Shown here: positions 26,610 through 39,904 of the stretch, piece after piece
Layout of the letters: every line of letters begins with the position of its first letter
How positions within the stretch are numbered: position 1 is the stretch's first letter
NCBI GenBank assembly: GCA_964016885.1
Contig: OZ024745.1
Location: forward strand, 89,590,001 to 89,654,000
Origin: Eledone cirrhosa
Taxonomy: Eukaryota
Reading direction: 5' to 3'
DNA length: 64,000 nt
Program-made: the position numbers and the translations under genes
The notes under the pieces: model-generated
The model's input: the letters and a program-made list of their open reading frames with translations, nothing else
Told to the model about the DNA's origin: nothing
Databases searched by the model: none

Positions 26610-27324
26610 GTAAAGAAGTAAAGGAGAGGGGAGCACCTTCTCCATGTGCTCCCCGGGCAAAGGATTGCACACTTTTTCGGGGGGGGGCGTGCAACCCCCA
26701 ACACGTCCCTTCCCTTTTGAGGTTATTTTCGATTATTTTCATGTTACACCCTTTTTACACGATTGTATGTAAACTCCTCCTTTGTATTTGTCCCTTCTTT
26801 TTATGCCTTTATGGTAAATAAAGAAATATATCTATCTATCTATCTTCACTCCTTTCTCTTCAATATCTACCGATGTTGTCTCTGTCATACTTCATGATTA
26901 AGCCTTCCTGAAATTCGTTCTTGCAATTCATTTTCTTGCTTATGTTCCTAACCCATCTTTTTTTCTTATCCAATTCTCTTTATATGCTTTTATTTTCTTC
27001 AACATATTCGTATTATTATCACGCCTCACTTCTCCCACAACGGCAACCCCCCTCCCTATCTCTCTTTCTTTCCTTGTGTGTATTCTCAACACCCGCTCCT
27101 ATATATATATATATATATGTATATATTTATTCAGGTTTGAGGTTCACCACTGGATAGAGCTGGTCAATTCCGTATGGTCAATCTTAATGTAATAATATGG
27201 AGAGTACTCAACGTAAAGCAGTTCAACCGTCTTCGTTTTTGTAGTTGGTGGTGCTAGTACGGAGTTAAATATTATAATAAAATGACAGGAGGCTGGACTT
27301 GTGTAAATCCTTGAAAGGTTTATT

Positions 27325-27381
27325 ATACTATGATCATTTCAATGACCGGGTTCCGTATGAACCGGTGATATCATCAGGTAT
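27325..27381 (-). ncRNA. type I hammerhead, family I
   Basis: ATAC-CTGATGA-TATCACCGG..CCGGTCATT-GAAA-TGATCA-TA-GTAT. Confidence 0.8.
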
Positions 27382-27788
27382 TCGAAATATAATAAATGAA
27401 TGTAATAGATAAAATCCATGGGGCTGAAAATCAAAGACCGGAGTACGACCGACATCTAGCATCTTCCACTTTTGCCGGTCGCCCGCAGTGAGGGGGCTAA
27501 AGCTTATAGTGTGCTACTACCGGTCAAATAGAGGAAAACAGAAAGGGAGAGGAAGATAAGTCAGCATTAATATCATGCCACAAGAAAAAAGACAGAAAGA
27601 AGGGGGAAGAAATGGAAGAAAAGGAAGAAGAAGAAAAGTCAGGGTTAATGTCGAGCTACACGAAGAAAGACAAAAATAAAGAGGAAGGAAGGTCGGTTCT
27701 AATGTCAAACGCGAATGGCGCGAAACAAATGTATTCTATGGAACGCGTGTCTTAACAGAGGTAAAAATAGTGGGGAGTCTGCATGTTA

Positions 27789-27970
27789 TAATTGTTTCTA
27801 CTTTAGGCACAAGGCCAGCAAATACCTAGTGCATTACTGGTACTTTATTTTATCGACCCCGTAAGGATGAAAGGCAAAGTCAACCTCGGCGGGATTTGAA
27901 CTCAGATCGTAAAGGGACATAACTATGCTAGAAAGCATGGTGTCCGACCCTCTACCAACACTGCCAATCC
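27789..27970 (-). mobile_element. tRNA-derived SINE (octopod-like)
   Basis: A/B boxes; central GCCTTTCATCCTTACGGGGTCGATAAAATAAAGTACC; five copies in the window. Confidence 0.85.
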
Positions 27971-29783
27971 AGAATATTGGAACGTTACATTTTTGTTTAG
28001 ATTTATATGATGAAGTTAAAAAATTAATATTTAATAATAACATTATAAAATTAAAGAAATTAGAAAATTGAAAGTTAAACAGTTTAACATTTTTAAGGTT
28101 TTGGTTGCGTAGTTTAAGCAAAGAAAGAGTATTTTATGAAGAAACTTAAATTGTATTATAGAGTAAAGATTATGTCTTTGTTTAGCAGTCAAACAGGATG
28201 CAGCGACTACAGGCTTACGCAGCCCATCTTAACCGCGTGTCAGCCACTCCGAGTGAGATCGCCTAGCGAAAGATATGGAAATCAATTTTTCCGAGCACTT
28301 TAGGAATGTATAACAGGGTTCAGGTGCGCCAGCGGGAAGTCAGCCACCATCGTTAGGCCATCCTTGTACAAAACCAGTACTATTAATTTACCCAGGAGGG
28401 AGATTTGCTTAAGTAGAGGGAGGCGTGAAACATCTAATAGTTATTATTAGATCTGTAATTTAAAGGTACGACATGGCAGTCAAAAAACCGGCTGCGCGCC
28501 GGGCCCTTGGGGCGAATCCATCCGCTCCGAGTAGTTTCATTTACCGAAAGAAGGGAAAATGTACTTTTCCAAGCACTCAAGGTAGGCCTATGCGCCAGGA
28601 GGCCGGTCCCACCGCCAGGAAAACCAACCCAACAGTCCGACAGAAAATTGGAACGTTAAATTATTGTTTAGATGTATAGGATGAAGTTGAAAAAATTTCA
28701 GAATAACATTATAAAATTAAAGAGTAAGAAGATTGAGAATTGAACAATTAGAAAATTGAAAATTAAACCGTTTAAAACTTTTTTAACGTTTTGGGTTGCG
28801 AGGTTTAGTTAAAGAGAGAGTCTTTTATGAAGAAACTTTAATTGTATTATATAGATCCTCTATAAGTTATCCTAGTGGGATGTAGAGTAAGGGATATAGT
28901 CGGGTAATATTTATTTTTGTTCTCAGGGGGAGACAATCTAGTGTCGTGTGCTAATGGGTACACGCGAGTAAAAGTCCGAATAACAGGAGTAAAAAATACA
29001 TGGATCTATAAAAGTTGAATACGTGGAAAAAGTACATTAATACAGCAAAGGTAGAAAGATATAAATAAACAAACAAGAGTGGTCGTGGAGTAAATGGAGA
29101 AATCAAAATACATGAGAAATACAATATAGTTCAAGTTGCAGTCAGATAATGCATATAGATATGGAAATGGAATCAGTGTGTGTTCGAGTCTGAGAATTCA
29201 GTGTGAGTTACACAGGCCCTGAAGTATAGGGTAGAGAATTTAGTCAATACAGTACAGTACAATACAGGTTATGGTATAATCCGTAGTATTTCGTCGAAGT
29301 CTGAATATTCGGAGAGGGAAGTAGCATTGGGCCAGGTGGGTGGTGGGCAAAGCACCGAGTAGCCAAAATCCGAATTGTGGTTAGATATATTCAGTCCCAT
29401 GCCGCTGTTCATTATTACATTTTGAAGTGCTCAACATTTCAGGAGGATTATTTATTCAGGTTTGAGATTCACCACTGGATAGAGCTGGTCAATTCCGTAT
29501 GGTCAATCTTAATGTAATAATATGGAGAGTACTCAACGTAAAGCAGTTCAACCGTCTGAAATGATCATAGTATAATAAACCTTTCAAGGATTTACACACA
29601 TATATATATATATATAAAAGAAAAGTTTGCTCTACATGGCTGAATACAATAAATGTAATCTGAGGTTTTCGAATATCAATAATAACATTCGATTCGTATG
29701 CTATTATGCAAACAAGCCTCAATTTTATAGCCATGTCAGTAGAATGAACACTTTATTCTTGCTCTTGTGTTGGCATGCTAACA

Positions 29784-29833
29784 GAACTGCAGACACTGAT
29801 GTTTCTGGGTATCACCCTTCATCAGTACAGCTC
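29784..29833 (-). ncRNA. type I hammerhead, family G
   Basis: GAGCTGTA-CTGATGA-AGGGTGATACCCA-GAAA-CATCAGTG-TC-TGCAGTTC. Confidence 0.88.
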
Positions 29834-30212
29834 ACTGTTCACCTGCCAAACTGTCAGAGCTAGTGAAAATATATGCTATTTTCAAAAATACACAGTGACT
29901 GATCGGCCTGATTTGCATATTAGCAGACTGGTTAATCAGTCAGATCTGCATATTAGTAGATCCACTGATCAGCCAGATTTGCATATCAGCAGACTGATAT
30001 AAATTTGACAAAGCCGATTATTTATTGCTCGTATACAGGAAACTTACTGGCCAGTCTACTGATATGTAAATCTGGCTGATCAGTGGATCTGTTATATGCA
30101 GATCTGACTGATCAGCAAGTCTGATAATATGCAAATCAGGCCGATCAGTCACTGTGTATTTTTTAAAATAGCATATATTTTCACTAGCTGTGACAGTTGG
30201 CAGGTGAACAGT

Positions 30213-30262
30213 GAGCTGTACTGATGAAGGGTGATACCCGGAAACATTAGTGTCTGCAGTTC
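30213..30262 (+). ncRNA. type I hammerhead, family G
   Basis: GAGCTGTA-CTGATGA-AGGGTGATACCCG-GAAA-CATTAGTG-TC-TGCAGTTC; 8-bp stem I, GUC site. Confidence 0.88.
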
Positions 30263-30420
30263 TGTTCGCATGCCAACACAAGAGCAGGAATGAAGTGTTC
30301 ATTCTACTGACATGGCTATAAAATTGAGACTTGTTTGCATAATTGCAAACGAATTGAATGTTATTATTAATATTCGAAAACCTCAGATTACATTTATTAT
30401 ATATATATTATGTAATAAAT

Positions 30421-30609
30421 GGCGTTGGATTGGCAGTATCGGTAGAGGGTCGGACGCCATGCTTTCCAGCATAGTTACGTCCCTTTACGATCTGAGTTAA
30501 AATCCCGCCGAGGTTGACTTTGCCTTTCATCCTTACGGGGTCGATAAAATAAAGTACCAGTAATGCACTGGGTATTTGCTGGCCTTGTGCCTAAAGTAGA
30601 AACAATTAT
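30421..30609 (+). mobile_element. tRNA-derived SINE
   Basis: TGGCAGTATCGG A box, GAGTTAAAATCC B box, same family as 27789. Confidence 0.85.
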
Positions 30610-30707
30610 ATATATATTATATATAGATAGTGTAAAGAGCAGATATCTGTAGGTAGATAATGCAATGAGATTCAGGGGACAAAGAGTCTAGATAGCCAGA
30701 GAACATG

Positions 30708-30709
<2 letters not shown>

Positions 30710-30772
<63 letters not shown>

Positions 30773-30785
30773 TACGTGCGCACAC

Positions 30786-30831
<46 letters not shown>

Positions 30832-30847
30832 GTGCGCACACACACGC

Positions 30848-30918
<71 letters not shown>
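30710..30918. repeat. (CA)n microsatellite
   Basis: Directly visible. Confidence 0.95.
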
Positions 30919-30921
<3 letters not shown>

Positions 30922-31084
30922 TTATATATATATATAAAAAATTTATATATCAATGATATTAATAAATGGAAACTATATTTATAACACCATATTTATTTTA
31001 TTATATATATTTCAAGGGTACCAAAATACTTTGGATCTTAAAGTTTGGTTTCTCGGGTAGTCACTATTTATTAAACAAATTATG

Positions 31085-31146
31085 TATTTTTTCCGATGAG
31101 AGCGTACCAAAGTTTTTGGTATACTTGAAATATATATAATAAAATA
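31085..31146 (+). ncRNA. hammerhead family A (core CCGATGA), preceded by an inverted half-copy at 30950-31035
   Basis: CCGATGA-GAGCGTACCAAAG..TTTGGTATACTT-GAAA-TATATA-TA-ATAAAATA. Confidence 0.7.
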
Positions 31147-31273
31147 AATAGGGTTTTATAAATATAGTTTCCATTTATTAATATCATTATATGATACTCC
31201 AGGAAACTGCCGAGCGCTTCGAATCTGTTATGAATAAATTTGTTGAATTACCAGCAAATAAAATATCTCTTTA

Positions 31274-31326
<53 letters not shown>

Positions 31327-31707
31327 GGTTATCATATACATAAAATTAAAGATGTTAAAACTGTTCACTTTTAAGCTCAATGAAGAATTAATAAATTACA
31401 ATCAAAAAATCAGAGCATTATATCATAAATCATGTCTATAGAATCATCAGATATTAAAATATATACTATTTCTTCTTCTAATTAGCATAATTAACCATAT
31501 ACAAAATCAAATCTAGCAAGCTTTAAGAGTAAATTTTCTTATGGGGAAATCTCCGACAAACAATTGATCGTAGCCTCTTCGCGGCAGCCCCGTTCCATTA
31601 TTTATCCAACATTTCGGCAGCATGCAGAATCCGACCAAGTATACCATCAACCACACACAATTAGTAGTAAAATTAAACTTAGAAGAAATGCGCACATACC
31701 GTAATTA

Positions 31708-31786
31708 TATCTCTACCATGGTTTCTTCCTTATTTAGGACATCCAAATAATATGAATTATCCAGAGTTAGGATTCTTCAGGAGATA
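31708..31786 (-). ncRNA. type I hammerhead, family L
   Basis: Reverse complement of 32692-32770. Confidence 0.82.
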
Positions 31787-32691
31787 AACTCAAAATCAGA
31801 CATTTAGTTTTTCTAACAGATCGCGCCAAATTTAGATTCAAAAATGGCTAAAATCGCTATGTAGCTGTGTACCAGCCAGAGAGAAAGCGTGTGATTGTTT
31901 GCTTACGGCGGGTAGGCTTGCTGCTAGAAAGCGCAGCCATATATCGCCAAATTTAATCTCAACCAATTGGGAGATTATTAAATATAAAGGTTATCATATA
32001 CATAAAATTAAAGATATATATATGTTGCAACTGTTCACTTTTAAGCTCAATAAATAATTAATAAATTAAATTTAAAAAATCAGAGCATTATATCATAAAT
32101 CATGTCTATAGAATCATCAGATATTAAAATATATACTATTGCTTCTTCTAATTAGCATAATTAACCATATACAAAATCAAATCTAGCAAGCTTTAAGAGT
32201 AAATTTTCTTATGAGGAAATCTGCCGCGAAGAGGCTACGATCAATTGTTTGTCGGAGATTTCCCCATGAGAAAATTTACTCTTAAAGCTTGCTAGATTTG
32301 ATTTTGTATATGGTTAATTATGCTAATTAGAAGAAGAAATAGTATATATTTTAATATCTGATGATGCTATAGACATGATTTATGATATAATGCTCTGATT
32401 TTTTTATTTTAATTTATTAATTCTTCATTGAGCTTAAAAGTGAACAGTTGCAACATATATATATCTTTAATTTTATGTATATGATAACCTTTATATTTAA
32501 TAATCTCCCAATTGGTTGAGATTAAATTTGGCGATATATGGCTGCGCTTTCTAGCAGCAAGCCTACCCGCCGTAAGCAAACAATCACACGCTTTCTCTCT
32601 GGCTGGTACACAGCTACATAGCGATTTTAGCCATTTTTGAATCTAAATTTGGCGCGATCTGTTAGAAAAACTAAATGTCTGATTTTGAGTT

Positions 32692-32770
32692 TATCTCCTG
32701 AAGAATCCTAACTCTGGATAATTCATATTATTTGGATGTCCTAAATAAGGAAGAAACCATGGTAGAGATA
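32692..32770 (+). ncRNA. type I hammerhead, family L
   Basis: TATCTC-CTGAAGA-ATCCT..(long loop)..AGGAA-GAAA-CCATGG-TA-GAGATA. Confidence 0.82.
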
Positions 32771-33052
32771 TAATTACGGTATGTGCGCATTTCTTCTAAG
32801 TTTAATTTTACTACTAATTGTGTGTGGTTGATGGTATACTTGGTCGGATTCTGCATGCTGCCGAAATGTTGGATAAATAATGGAACGGGGCTGCCGCGAA
32901 GAGGCTACGATCAATTGTTTGTCGGAGATTTCCCCATAAGAAAATTTACTCTTAAAGCTTGCTAGATTTGATTTTGTATATGGTTAATTATGCTAATTAG
33001 AAGAAGAAATAGTATATATTTTAATATCTGATGATTCTATAGACATGATTTA

Positions 33053-33091
<39 letters not shown>

Positions 33092-33161
33092 TACCCAAGA
33101 AAATTCAACTGATAAGGTATGATTTCCTTGGCTATGTCAAAATGTATGAAACACTCTTTGA

Positions 33162-33222
33162 ATTTTATCTGATGAAAGCGTACCAAAGTATTTTGGTACC
33201 CTTGAAATATATATAATAGAAT
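33162..33222 (+). ncRNA. type I hammerhead, family A
   Basis: ATTTTAT-CTGATGA-AAGCGTACCAAAG..TTTTGGTACCCTT-GAAA-TATATA-TA-ATAGAAT. Confidence 0.88.
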
Positions 33223-33473
33223 AAATATGGTTTTATAAATATAGTTTCCATTTATTTAATATCATTAAATATTTACTCCAGAAAACTGTCGGGTGCTCTG
33301 AATCAGTTATAAACATTTATATTTCTTGTATTTCCAACAAATTAAATATCCCTTCTACTTATATATATATATATATATAATACTAGTTTTGTTGCTCAAT
33401 TCATATATCCTCGTATATCCTTTACAAATATATTATATTATATTATATATATATATATATATATATATGACAA

Positions 33474-33693
33474 GTAAGTATGTTTTGAAACAGTGAGCAG
33501 GTTTGAAATCAGAAAATAGAATAGCTTTCACCGTATTTTTGACTAAAGAAATTTTAGCCTGATAATGGGGTTTAGAACCCTCAGATAAACGGAAAAAGAT
33601 GAGTATTGACGTACATGGGAGTCGAACCCACATCTTTGGTTATCCAGACCACTGTGCTACCATTACACCAACACATCACCCGATGTGTTGGTG
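33474..33693 (-). mobile_element. tRNA-headed SINE-like element, family K, with 5' hairpin
   Basis: Homologous to 9278-9490; ACACCAACACATC-ACCC-GATGTGTTGGTGT at its 5' end. Confidence 0.7.
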
Positions 33694-33901
<208 letters not shown>

Positions 33902-34721
33902 GCCCATATGACGGGAATTCGCACTTACCCCACCTTAACCCATATACCCAACTCTACACGGAGCCCCTTGCTGGCCTACATAGCGGTTGCTTGCACGTAC
34001 AGATTTGGGGACTCGGATTCTTAATGGGACAGCGGTACATACTGAGTTCGATATGAGCTGATTGCTTGCTCTTCACATGCATGTGTATATACCTAGACAT
34101 ACACTCTTTTTTAGACGATACTGATGTGTATATACCATAACATACACTATTTGGAGATACGGATGTTACAATTCAATCTATAAACGTATAGCAGAACACT
34201 GAATTGAACTTACTTGCTTGTGTATGAGGTTGCGGTTGACCCAATATTTCCAATTTACACCGTTAAATTGAGATTTAACCAATGTAACATTTGTTGTTTT
34301 GTAAATTAACTTTCGGTGAATATTATGTTGGTATATTCTTATATTTTCTTATTTTTCTCTTTGACATCGCTTCGGTGTGTATGAGAGTGTGTGTGTACCC
34401 ACTCATACTAATGTGACCGTCTATGGTTCTACAGATCTGATGCTGTGTTGGTATGTGTATATATATTTTTTATTTAATCTCGAGTCGGTATGTGTGGGTG
34501 TTGAGTATGTGTGTACCCACTCACATTAACTGTGACCGACTGTAACTCTACAGATTTGATTGATGTCCAGCGTCTTTTGCAGCTATTGGGATATAGTAAC
34601 TTGATAGTTTTATGACATTAACTGGAGATGATAGCAGTCGGCGTGTTTTGACTGCTTGATCTTCATATGAGGGAATAATTGCTAATTTTCTCCCCCATAT
34701 CAAGAATTTGAAGACAATTCA

Positions 34722-34801
34722 TATTCAGCTGATGAGATCAGTGATAATCGATCATGGCTTCACGATCGATCTATCTCTTATTGAAACATGTGTCGTGATT
34801 A
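34722..34801 (+). ncRNA. hammerhead, family E (weak stem I, long stem II)
   Basis: CTGATGA-GATCAGTGATAATCGATC..GATCGATCTATCTCTTATT-GAAA-CATGTG-TC; lies at the end of non-coding segment 33900-34930. Confidence 0.6.
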
Positions 34802-34934
34802 AAATGATTGGAAATTTTACCTTGCCTTCGGATTTTCATTTTGATACCATTACTCCGTTTTACATCATCTAGCTGTTCTCTTGTATGTAATTGGAGATAT
34901 ACAAAAGCGTGGAGAACTTAATATTGCTAACATA

Positions 34935-35290
34935 AAGTTATTGGACCATTTTCACAAAAATTTATCGGAAAGAGAGGAAGATGAGAAATAAGTCCGTGAT
35001 ATCTGTGAACTTAAATTCGAGCAAATCGTGGACGAGGAGAGAAAGACGCGTCCAGACCCTTTGAATTGTGAGCAAGAAAAAGATTTTACCCAGGTCAGAC
35101 GAGAGGAAGTGAGAGAGGTGGAGTAACAGAGAGTGAGTGAGTGAAACTGTGGGGAAGAGGCCAGCCGAGAAAGGGTGACTGGCAGAGGGGGTGAATGAAG
35201 GTATAGATACAAGAAAAGAGAAAGAGGATAGCGGAGGGTAAAATATAAATGACAAATGGGAAATGGCGTGCTGCGCTACGCAGCACACCA
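34935..35290 (-). mobile_element. family J fragment
   Basis: Reverse-complement homology to 10100-10500. Confidence 0.7.
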
Positions 35291-35353
35291 TTTGCCATTT
35301 TACATTTATATATATATATATATATACACAGACACACAGACACACACACACAT

Positions 35354-35386
<33 letters not shown>

Positions 35387-35391
35387 CACAG

Positions 35392-35460
<69 letters not shown>

Positions 35461-35562
35461 TATATATATACATATATATACGTATATATATACATATACA
35501 TATACATATACATACAAATATATGTATATATACACATATACACACACGTATATACACATATT

Positions 35563-35731
<169 letters not shown>

Positions 35732-36430
35732 AGGAAAAGCCAACCACCTCCGAACCCAGTCCCCTGACTGAAGCCTTGTACAACTGCCTAAATAAGGAAG
35801 CCTGCCTACTTGAAAACAAATGCCTGACAAATGACATCGTATACAAATGTGATATCATGTCAGGCACCGATGATAGCAACAACAAAAAGACTTACATCGG
35901 CATGACTTCCAATAATTTTAAGACCCGGTGTCATGCCCATACCCACTCCTTCAGGTGAGCGGACAAATCAAATCAGACAACACTCGCCTTCTATGTTTGG
36001 GACTTCAAAAGGAACTCCACCCCCTTCACGATTAAATGGAAAATACTCCAGAAAGCGCGCTCATACAACGGAGGACACAAGTGCTGCGACCTTTGTATCT
36101 CAAACAGCTACGAAATATTATTCGCCAAGGGCCCGCTACTGAACAAACCCTCTGAACACTGCCCGAATTGAATGCACAAACACTCTGCAACTTTCAAATA
36201 CCTTAAGCCAGTGTTAATGCCAGATGCCTAAAAAAGATTTCCCTTTTTTTTTAAAACCCCACTCGACAAAATACTGCCTCTACCTCCTTCCCTCTCTACC
36301 CCTACCCCCTCTCGACCCGAAACACGGCACTATGGTCATGTAAGTACTTCTTACCAATCTGCTCTTTCTGCATGTAGAGCTGTACATATATGTCTGTGTA
36401 TATGTGTATATTTATGAGTACATGTATGTA
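35732..36430 (+). pseudogene. PLE GIY-YIG 3' fragment plus 3' UTR
   Basis: [21 protein letters not shown]...[19 protein letters not shown], then stop; C.LC motif downstream. Confidence 0.85.
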
Positions 36431-36709
36431 CGTTTTTGTATGAGTGGCCGTACGTATGTATGCGTATGTTTGTGTGTACGTGCGTTTATATGTACCTGCA
36501 TATGTGTATGTTTGGGTATATTTGTGTGTGTATATATATATATACATGTATATGTGTATATGTGTGTGTATGTATGCACATGTATGTATATATATTCTTA
36601 TATGTATATATGTATGTTTGTGTGTATGTATATATATATATGTGTGTGTATATATATATATATGTGTGTGTATATATATATATATCTTTGTATATATATC
36701 TCTATCTAT

Positions 36710-37935
36710 CTAATGCGGGTAAAATTCCCGAGATCCATGGACGAGTTCTCTCCAGCGGTCTCTGTCCCTCATTATCGCTGCCATATCCTGCATCTCCAAC
36801 AGACCAGTGTCTGTCCTTAGGGCATCAACATATGTTAACCTTGGTTTTCCTCTTCCAGTGTGTCCATGTAGGGGCTCCCAAAGGAGCACTGAGTGCAATG
36901 TCAACTCTGGATGTCGGTGAGCATGTCCAGCCAACCTCAGTCTCCTCTGTGTCACTTTTGAGCTGACTTTTGGGATGCTCCCATACAGCTCTGAGTTTTT
37001 CATCCTCAGTGTATACTGATTAATGTTCAGAGCCATCCTCAGCATTCTCGTGTAGCACCCATCCACCATCTGAGTGAGTCTCTTGGTCAGTGTCCAAGTC
37101 TCAGACCCATACAGCAGCACAGACTCCACTACAGCAATGAAGAGGCGGATTTTCAGGTCTCTACGAAGGTCCGACTTCCACACCGATCTCAAGCTGTGAC
37201 ACGCCGCCCAGGCCTTGCTCTTCCTCTCAACCACATCATCTTCCGTATTCCCAATCTTTGCTCCCAAATATAGGAAGTCCTCAACCAATTCCAGCGGCTT
37301 CCCGCCTACATTAGTGATCCCCTCTGGCTTCTCAACATTCTCTACCAGATATTTTGTTTTAGTCTCATTCATTCTCAGCCCCACACTCATCGACACAGTC
37401 TCAACCTCCCGCATCAAATCCTCTGCCTCCTTCACTGTATTTGTCACTAAAACTATGTCGTCGGCAAATTCAGCATCCGATACCTTTTTCGCCCCAACTC
37501 TCCTGCTCTGAGCCGGTGCTACAGTAAAGCCAGTGTCCTGGTGTTTCTCCAGTGCAAGGCGCATACAATAGTCCACTACGATGATAAAACGGTAGGGAGC
37601 CAATGTATCTCCCTGGAGCACTCCAGCCAGTATCTCAAAGAACTCTGTCATCCCATCAGGTGTAATGACTTGGGCTTTGGTGTTGGTGTAGAGCAGTGAT
37701 ATCAGGTCCACTATCCTCTTGGGGATTCCATAAGCCTGTAAGATCTTCATCAGGCAGTAACGGTCCACAGAATCAAAGGCCTTCCTAAAGTCAATGAAAA
37801 CCATGACCGCAGGAAGGCACTTTGCTCTAGCTCCCTCTAATATCCTCCTCAGCATCAGGATGTGACTGGTGGTAGATCTTCCCTCTCTGAAGCCATTCTG
37901 ATTGTCCCTGAGCTTCTTCTCCATCTCAGGTCCAT
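36710..37935 (-). pseudogene. 5'-truncated RTE-clade LINE reverse transcriptase
   Basis: QNGFREGRST, FIDFRKAFDSV, GVLQGDTLAP, FADD, YLG, LLYGSETW; stop runs directly into a TAGA/TA tail. Confidence 0.9.
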
Positions 37936-37974
37936 CTGTTCTCTGGTCAGCCTTTATTGTTGTAACTATCAATT

Positions 37975-38170
37975 TTCTTTAATGTACTGGCTGCTGAACT
38001 GGGGAATCCTAAAAACTATTCAAACCCAACATCAGAGCACGTTAACCCCCCCCCCCCCATCGCTGACTTGAGAGGGCGTGCGGTATCTTTGCACTGGAGT
38101 GTATAGGGAATTCCTGAAAAGATAAAATGCCGATATACCTAGCCGGGCGCCAGCCGGACGGGTCAGCTAG
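37975..38170 (+). mobile_element. Helitron 3' terminus fragment
   Basis: GC hairpin CCGG-GCGCCAG-CCGG about 10 nt before CTAG|T. Confidence 0.55.
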
Positions 38171-38218
38171 TATATATCTTTATATATATATGTATATATA
38201 TGTGTGTGTGTATGTATG

Positions 38219-38301
<83 letters not shown>

Positions 38302-38666
38302 TATACACTTTAGAAATTAATATATAAACTGTTTTTAATTTAGTTAACCTATAATTAATATTCTACTACTGATGAACTACATAATTTTACTTTCCTTCTT
38401 ACAACTATCATTTCCTAAAACTGATACCATTAAGTAAATATATATAATGCTTTAACTTCAGGTTATGAATCTATGTTCCTTGAAATCTATATATATTTAT
38501 TATTTCTCACTAATAAATTTAACTCCGCCCCCCAATAATTATATGTATATGTAAGTGTGTATGTTTGTGTGTATATATATATGTATGTATGTATATATGC
38601 GTGTATATATATATATATATATGTGTGTATGTGTATATATATATATGTGTGTATATGTGTGTGTGC

Positions 38667-38732
<66 letters not shown>

Positions 38733-39549
38733 TATTTTTATATTCTTTTAATTTCCCCTCATCTTTAACAGCACTTTTCAACTGCATCTAACTCTTAGTT
38801 GTCATATCTATATGTATTAGTATAATTTAACAATATGAATATACCCATCAATTAAATTAATTTATATTCTTTTCATAGATGTATTTTTTTCACTAACACT
38901 CTTATCGTAAAACTTTAGTCTCCTTAGATATTTGCATTGGCATTAATATTTTATAACAGCAACTGCTTATATACCTTTTACTTTATTTTCACCCCTAAAA
39001 TAAGCTTCAATTACTACTATTTTACCATTTGGCCAATTATTAACTTTCTATTGGTTAATTCTAAACCTCTTACCAAACAGACAGAATATATTAGATCTTG
39101 GTTGGTTTTATTCAATGAACAAATAAAATTATTTCTGAGGTCAGCATACGACCTATTTTCTTCCCTAAAATAATCCTTCATTCATAATACTCTTTTCCAT
39201 CCAAAACTGAAATCTACCTTCCTCTACCCATAATTTAAGGTTCTTCTACTACTATATTACTATCTTGACCCTCACTATCTCTCTATTGGTCAATTCAAAA
39301 CCTGTTCCCAAACAGACCTATTGTATTGAATCTTTGTTTTTTTCAATAAACAAATATCATTATTTTTGAAGACAGCATATATATGTGTAGGTATGTATAT
39401 TCCCTCTGATAGTTTGTATAAATATTGTACATAGATCTATAGAATATGCATACCAACTCTAACACATATATATCCTAGAAACGATCGTAAAATGATGATT
39501 TTTTTTTTAATATAAGGAACTGTTTCTTTGTTTATTCATTATTTTATTA

Positions 39550-39615
<66 letters not shown>

Positions 39616-39654
39616 ATATTAAATAAATGGAAACTATATTTATAAAACCATATT

Positions 39655-39716
39655 TATTCTATTATATATATTTCAAGGGTACCAAACACTTTGGTACGCT
39701 TTCATCAGATACAATA
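39655..39716 (-). ncRNA. type I hammerhead, family A (left arm of inverted repeat 39611-39950)
   Basis: TATTGTAT-CTGATGA-AAGCGTACCAAA..TTTGGTACCCTT-GAAA-TATATA-TA-ATAGAATA. Confidence 0.85.
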
Positions 39717-39842
39717 CAAAGTCTTTTTTTATAAATTTTGACATAGCCAAGGAACATACCTTATCAGTTGAAATATTCCTTGGATAGTTCAACTGATAAG
39801 GTATGTTCCTTGGCTATGTCAAAATTTATAAAACACACTTTG

Positions 39843-39904
39843 TATTTTATCTGATGAAAGCGTACCAAAGTTTTTGGTACCCTTGAAATATATATAATAG
39901 AATA
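39843..39904 (+). ncRNA. type I hammerhead, family A (right arm)
   Basis: TATTTTAT-CTGATGA-AAGCGTACCAAAG..TTTTGGTACCCTT-GAAA-TATATA-TA-ATAGAATA. Confidence 0.9.

Larger units (their letters stand above)
21075..26827 (+). mobile_element. near-full-length Tx1/L1-clade LINE, copy 2 (diverged subfamily)
   Basis: Same organisation as copy 1; followed by TATCTATCTATC. Confidence 0.92.
27126..29600 (-). mobile_element. non-coding HHR element, family I, with ~105-nt terminal direct repeat and short inverted arm
   Basis: 27126-27231 matches 29451-29557; 29557-29598 is the reverse complement of ~27300-27341; internal duplication 27970-28160 / 28641-28850. Confidence 0.7.
29616..30400. mobile_element. 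family G HHR element: ~430-nt monomer plus fold-back arm
   Basis: ~29650-29998 is the reverse complement of ~30053-30398; homologous to 57039-58118. Confidence 0.85.
31318..33058. mobile_element. family L: ~665-nt monomer, tandem plus fold-back (two head-to-tail copies in each orientation, one partial)
   Basis: AAATATAAAGGTTATC at 31318 and ~31981; CTGCCGCGAAGAGG at 32221 and 32891; arms are reverse complements. Confidence 0.9.

Noticed and set aside
15163-26742. Antisense and alternative-frame ORFs over the LINEs
   Set aside because: Shadows of GC-rich coding sequence with no independent motifs
32355-32400. Extra CTGATGA in family L (also ~31444, ~33028) and at ~38369
   Set aside because: No stem II followed by GAAA and no stem I partner found
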